From an uncultured virus (IMG/VR IMGVR_UViG_2599185221_000008) (taxonomy: Duplodnaviria; Heunggongvirae; Uroviricota; Caudoviricetes), in IMG/VR virus record IMGVR_UViG_2599185221_000008: a DNA stretch of 20,000 bases. One strand, given 5' to 3'. The position numbers and the translations under genes are program-made. The notes under the pieces were generated by a model. That model was not told the DNA's origin and searched no databases. It saw only the letters and a list, made by a program, of their open reading frames with translations. This document shows positions 17,684-20,000 of this stretch, in pieces. The stretch's first letter is position 1. Every line of letters starts with the position of its first letter.

Positions 17684-18353
17684 TACCTTCACCTCCTTTG
17701 AAAGCGCTGTTGCCGGAAAGCCTGCGGAGCAGGATTTTGCGAGAAGCCTTGTACTCGTCACCGATGAAGCCAAGCCGGAGTAGGAAGCAGCGGAAGGCGT
17801 ATTTCTCGTTCTCCGGGGCGGTGACCTTGGCGTTCACTCGCTTCTGGGCCTTGCTCATCTTGCAGAGGGCGGCAATCAGTTGTGTGTAGGCGTTGACCTC
17901 GTCAAGCTTCGGCATCGTGGAAAACCAAGGAAATGCGATGGTATCCTCGGTTATTTCGATTGGAAGGCTGTCAATGCCGAGGGCCTCCTTGATGAGGCTG
18001 CCTTTGGCTTCCAGCAGGTTTGTCAGGTTTCCGGCTGCGACCTTGTCCAGCGGCAGGCTGATGGTCAGGCCGGTTTCTTCGTTTGTGTCCTCGTCGAACA
18101 CGTCGGGCTGAGGCTCGTCGTATTCAGCGCTTTCGTAGGTGAAGCCGTGCTCTGCAAGGGCCGCCAACACTCGCTCGATTTCCTCGCTATCGGCCATGTC
18201 GTTGAAGGTAAGGTTGCCTTCTCTGGTAACGGTGAAGTAATCCACCTCGTAGGCGTAGGTCGGGGTTTTCTTGTAGAGCGCCTTGGCTCCGGTGATTTCC
18301 TCAAGGGCCTTTACAAAAGGCTTCCTGTCGGTAAGGTTGTAAATAACTTTCAT
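17667..18353 (-). CDS. Conserved prophage protein commonly labelled 'virulence-related protein'; function unknown, 228 aa
   Basis: RBS AAAGGAGGT; RKPFVKALEEITG...PTYAYEVDYFTV N-domain, acidic linker, C-domain FPWF...NEKYAFRCFLLRLGFIGDEYK. Confidence 0.75.
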   Translation of the reverse strand: MKVIYNLTDRKPFVKALEEITGAKALYKKTPTYAYEVDYFTVTREGNLTFNDMADSEEIERVLAALAEHGFTYESAEYDEPQPDVFDEDTNEETGLTISLPLDKVAAGNLTNLLEAKGSLIKEALGIDSLPIEITEDTIAFPWFSTMPKLDEVNAYTQLIAALCKMSKAQKRVNAKVTAPENEKYAFRCFLLRLGFIGDEYKASRKILLRRLSGNSAFKGGEGNAIPK

Positions 18354-18372
18354 GGTGTGTACCTCCTTTATT

Positions 18373-18470
18373 TTGGTACTACATTAATCACTCTAAAGGC
18401 ACATATTAGCAAGTCAATTCCGGGAATAAATCTGACAAATATGTGCCTTCCGGATTGTGTATAGTACCAA
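18373..18470. repeat. Long imperfect inverted repeat (~98 nt hairpin) filling the intergenic region
   Basis: TTGGTACTA (18373-18381) pairs with TAGTACCAA (18462-18470); AAGGCACATATT (18396-18407) pairs with AATATGTGCCTT (18438-18449); further partial pairing CATTAATC/GATTGTG and GTCAATT/AATCTGAC. Confidence 0.9.
18390..18417 (-). promoter_or_regulatory. Putative sigma-A-type promoter for the accessory cluster
   Basis: Minus strand TTGACT-16 nt-TAGAGT, about 20 nt upstream of the RBS of the 228-aa gene; lies within one arm of the palindrome. Confidence 0.5.
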
Positions 18471-18475
18471 GGCGG

Positions 18476-19662
18476 TTACTCAGCCACGACAGCAATTTCA
18501 TCATAGGAGTAGGTCAGGCCGTCACGGACGACGGAGACCTTTGCAGCGGAGCCGACCTGTTCGATGTAGCGCTTTACGATGACATCGCAGAACTTTTCAT
18601 CCAGCTCAATGGTGTAACAGCAGCGCTTGGTCTGTTCACAGGCGATGAGTGTAGAGCCGCTGCCACCAAACGGGTCGAGGACAAGAGAGTTGGTCATGCT
18701 GGAGTTCATAATGGGATAAGCCAAAAGCGGAATCGGCTTCATGGTTGGATGGTCGCCATTCTTCTTCGGTTTATCAAATTCCCAGATGGTCGTTTCCTTA
18801 CGACCGGTGTACCACTGGTGCTTGCCAGATTTCTTCCAGCCGTAGAGCACGGGCTCGTGCATCCACTGATACGGGGAATGGCCCAGCACCAAGGACTGCT
18901 TTTTCCAAATGCAGCAGCCGGAGAGATAGAAACCGGCATCCACGAAGGCCTTTCTGAAATTCAAACCTTCGGTATCCGCATGGAAAACATAGATGCTGGC
19001 ATCATCAGCCATTGCAGCAGCCATTTGCGTATAGGCATCAAACAGGAACTGATAAAAGGCATCGTTGCCCATGTTGTCATTTTTGATTTTGCCAGCGGAG
19101 CCTTCATAATTGACATTGTAGGGAGGGTCGGTCACCACAAGATTTGCCTGCTTTCCGGCAATCAGAAGCTCGTAGGTTTCGGGCTTGGTGGAATTGCCGC
19201 ATACCAGACGGTGGTCACCCAGCAGCCAAAGGTCACCGGCCTTGGAGAAGATAGGCTTTTGCAGCTCAGCCTCCACATCAAAGTCGTCGTCCTTTACGCC
19301 GCTTTTGGTATCCTCTCGGAACAAGTCCTCCAGTTCCTCTGGCTCAAAGCCGGTAAGAGAAACATCAAAATCCGTGCCCTGTAAATCAGCAATCAAAAGG
19401 GCCAGTTTGTCGTTGTCCCATTCGCCGCTGATTTTATTGAGGGCCACATTCAGGGCTTTCTCTTTTTCTTCATCCATCTGAACGATGACGCAGTCCACTT
19501 CGGTCAGGCCCATATCCTGCAGCACCTTCAAGCGCTGGTGACCGCCGACCACACGACCGGTGGTCTCGTTCCAGATGACGGGCTCCACATAACCGAACTG
19601 CTCGATGGAGCGTTTCAGCTTTTCATATTCCTTATCGCCCGGTTTCAAATCCTTACGAGGAT
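18476..19662 (-). pseudogene. ParB-like domain + N6A/N4C DNA methyltransferase (beta class), 5' end interrupted by an IS3-family element
   Basis: VVGGHQRLK (ParB/Srx-like), TDPPYN catalytic motif, HPTMKP and LDPFGGSGST SAM-binding motif. The frame stays open upstream of the TTG at 19648 as (N)PRKDLKPGD and then meets the IS end at 19663, so the native start lies beyond the IS. Confidence 0.85.
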
Positions 19663-20000
19663 TGGATTGTCAACACTTTTTTATACAATTTTTATTCGGT
19701 CATTTTAGATAAACGATATTCTACTGGAGTCATATAATTTAAGGCTCCATGAATACGTTTATTGTTATACCACTTTACATAATCACTTAATTCTCTTTTC
19801 AGTTCCTCTAAACTGCTAAAAACTCTTTTAAATGCAAATTCTGTCTTTATAATCTTATACCCTGCTTCTGCAACTGCATTATCATATGGACACCCTTTTT
19901 GGCTTAAGGAACGTTTGATTTTAAAGGCATTTAGAACCTCATCAATTATTTTATTTTTAAACTCGTTTCCTCTGTCTGTATGAAAAACTTTAATTTTTGA
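19663..20000 (-). mobile_element. IS3-family insertion sequence, right end (partial)
   Basis: Terminus TGGATTGTCAACAC... (ends in CA on the minus strand) lies 29 nt past the transposase stop; abrupt drop in GC content (23-30% in two 60-nt lines counted). Confidence 0.9.
19692..20000 (-). CDS. IS3-family transposase OrfB, C-terminal fragment (integrase core)
   Basis: Manual translation: SKIKVFHTDRGNEFKN...RSLSQKGCPYDNAVAEAGYKIIKTE...YVKWYNNKRIHGALNYMTPVEY...*; contains the second D and the E of the DDE triad and the IS3 C-terminal YN..R.H..L motif. Confidence 0.93.
   Translation of the reverse strand, partial: SKIKVFHTDRGNEFKNKIIDEVLNAFKIKRSLSQKGCPYDNAVAEAGYKIIKTEFAFKRVFSSLEELKRELSDYVKWYNNKRIHGALNYMTPVEYRLSKMTE

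Larger units (their letters stand above)
1..19662 (-). mobile_element. Prophage (siphovirus-like, HK97-type head, non-contractile tail): packaging, head, tail and lysis modules; extends beyond the window
   Basis: Co-oriented, tightly packed genes in canonical order terL-portal-protease-capsid-connectors-tail tube-chaperones-TMP-tail tip-holin-endolysin; no sheath gene. No att sites or integrase are visible in the window. Confidence 0.96.

Noticed and set aside
17667..18353. Treating the 'virulence-related protein' as a virulence factor
   Set aside because: The label is an inherited annotation; the sequence shows no signal peptide or toxin motif.
18443..19384. 313-aa plus-strand ORF starting inside the palindrome
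   Set aside because: Antisense to the well-supported methyltransferase; no RBS or motif.

Overview
The window is the morphogenesis and lysis half of a temperate siphovirus-type prophage. Strong AGGAGG ribosome-binding sites and the gene families point to a Clostridia/Bacillota host. All real genes lie on the minus strand. In transcription order (right to left): the 3' end of an AT-rich IS3-family element inserted in the 5' end of a ParB-domain N6A/N4C DNA methyltransferase; an accessory cluster with its own hairpin-embedded promoter ('virulence-related' protein, DUF4314-like protein, a 5'-truncated gene remnant, a 59-aa ORF); terminase large subunit; HK97-type portal; ClpP-type prohead protease; major capsid; four head-tail/neck genes; phi13-type major tail protein; a tail assembly chaperone pair with a -1 frameshift; a 1000-aa tape measure protein; four tail-tip genes, one with a discoidin-like domain; a holin; and an amidase endolysin running off the left edge. 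The most notable features are a ~98-nt imperfect palindrome enclosing a candidate promoter for the accessory genes upstream of terL, the IS-disrupted methyltransferase, and an apparent deletion scar in that cluster. Family assignments come from motifs recognised by eye, not from database searches.
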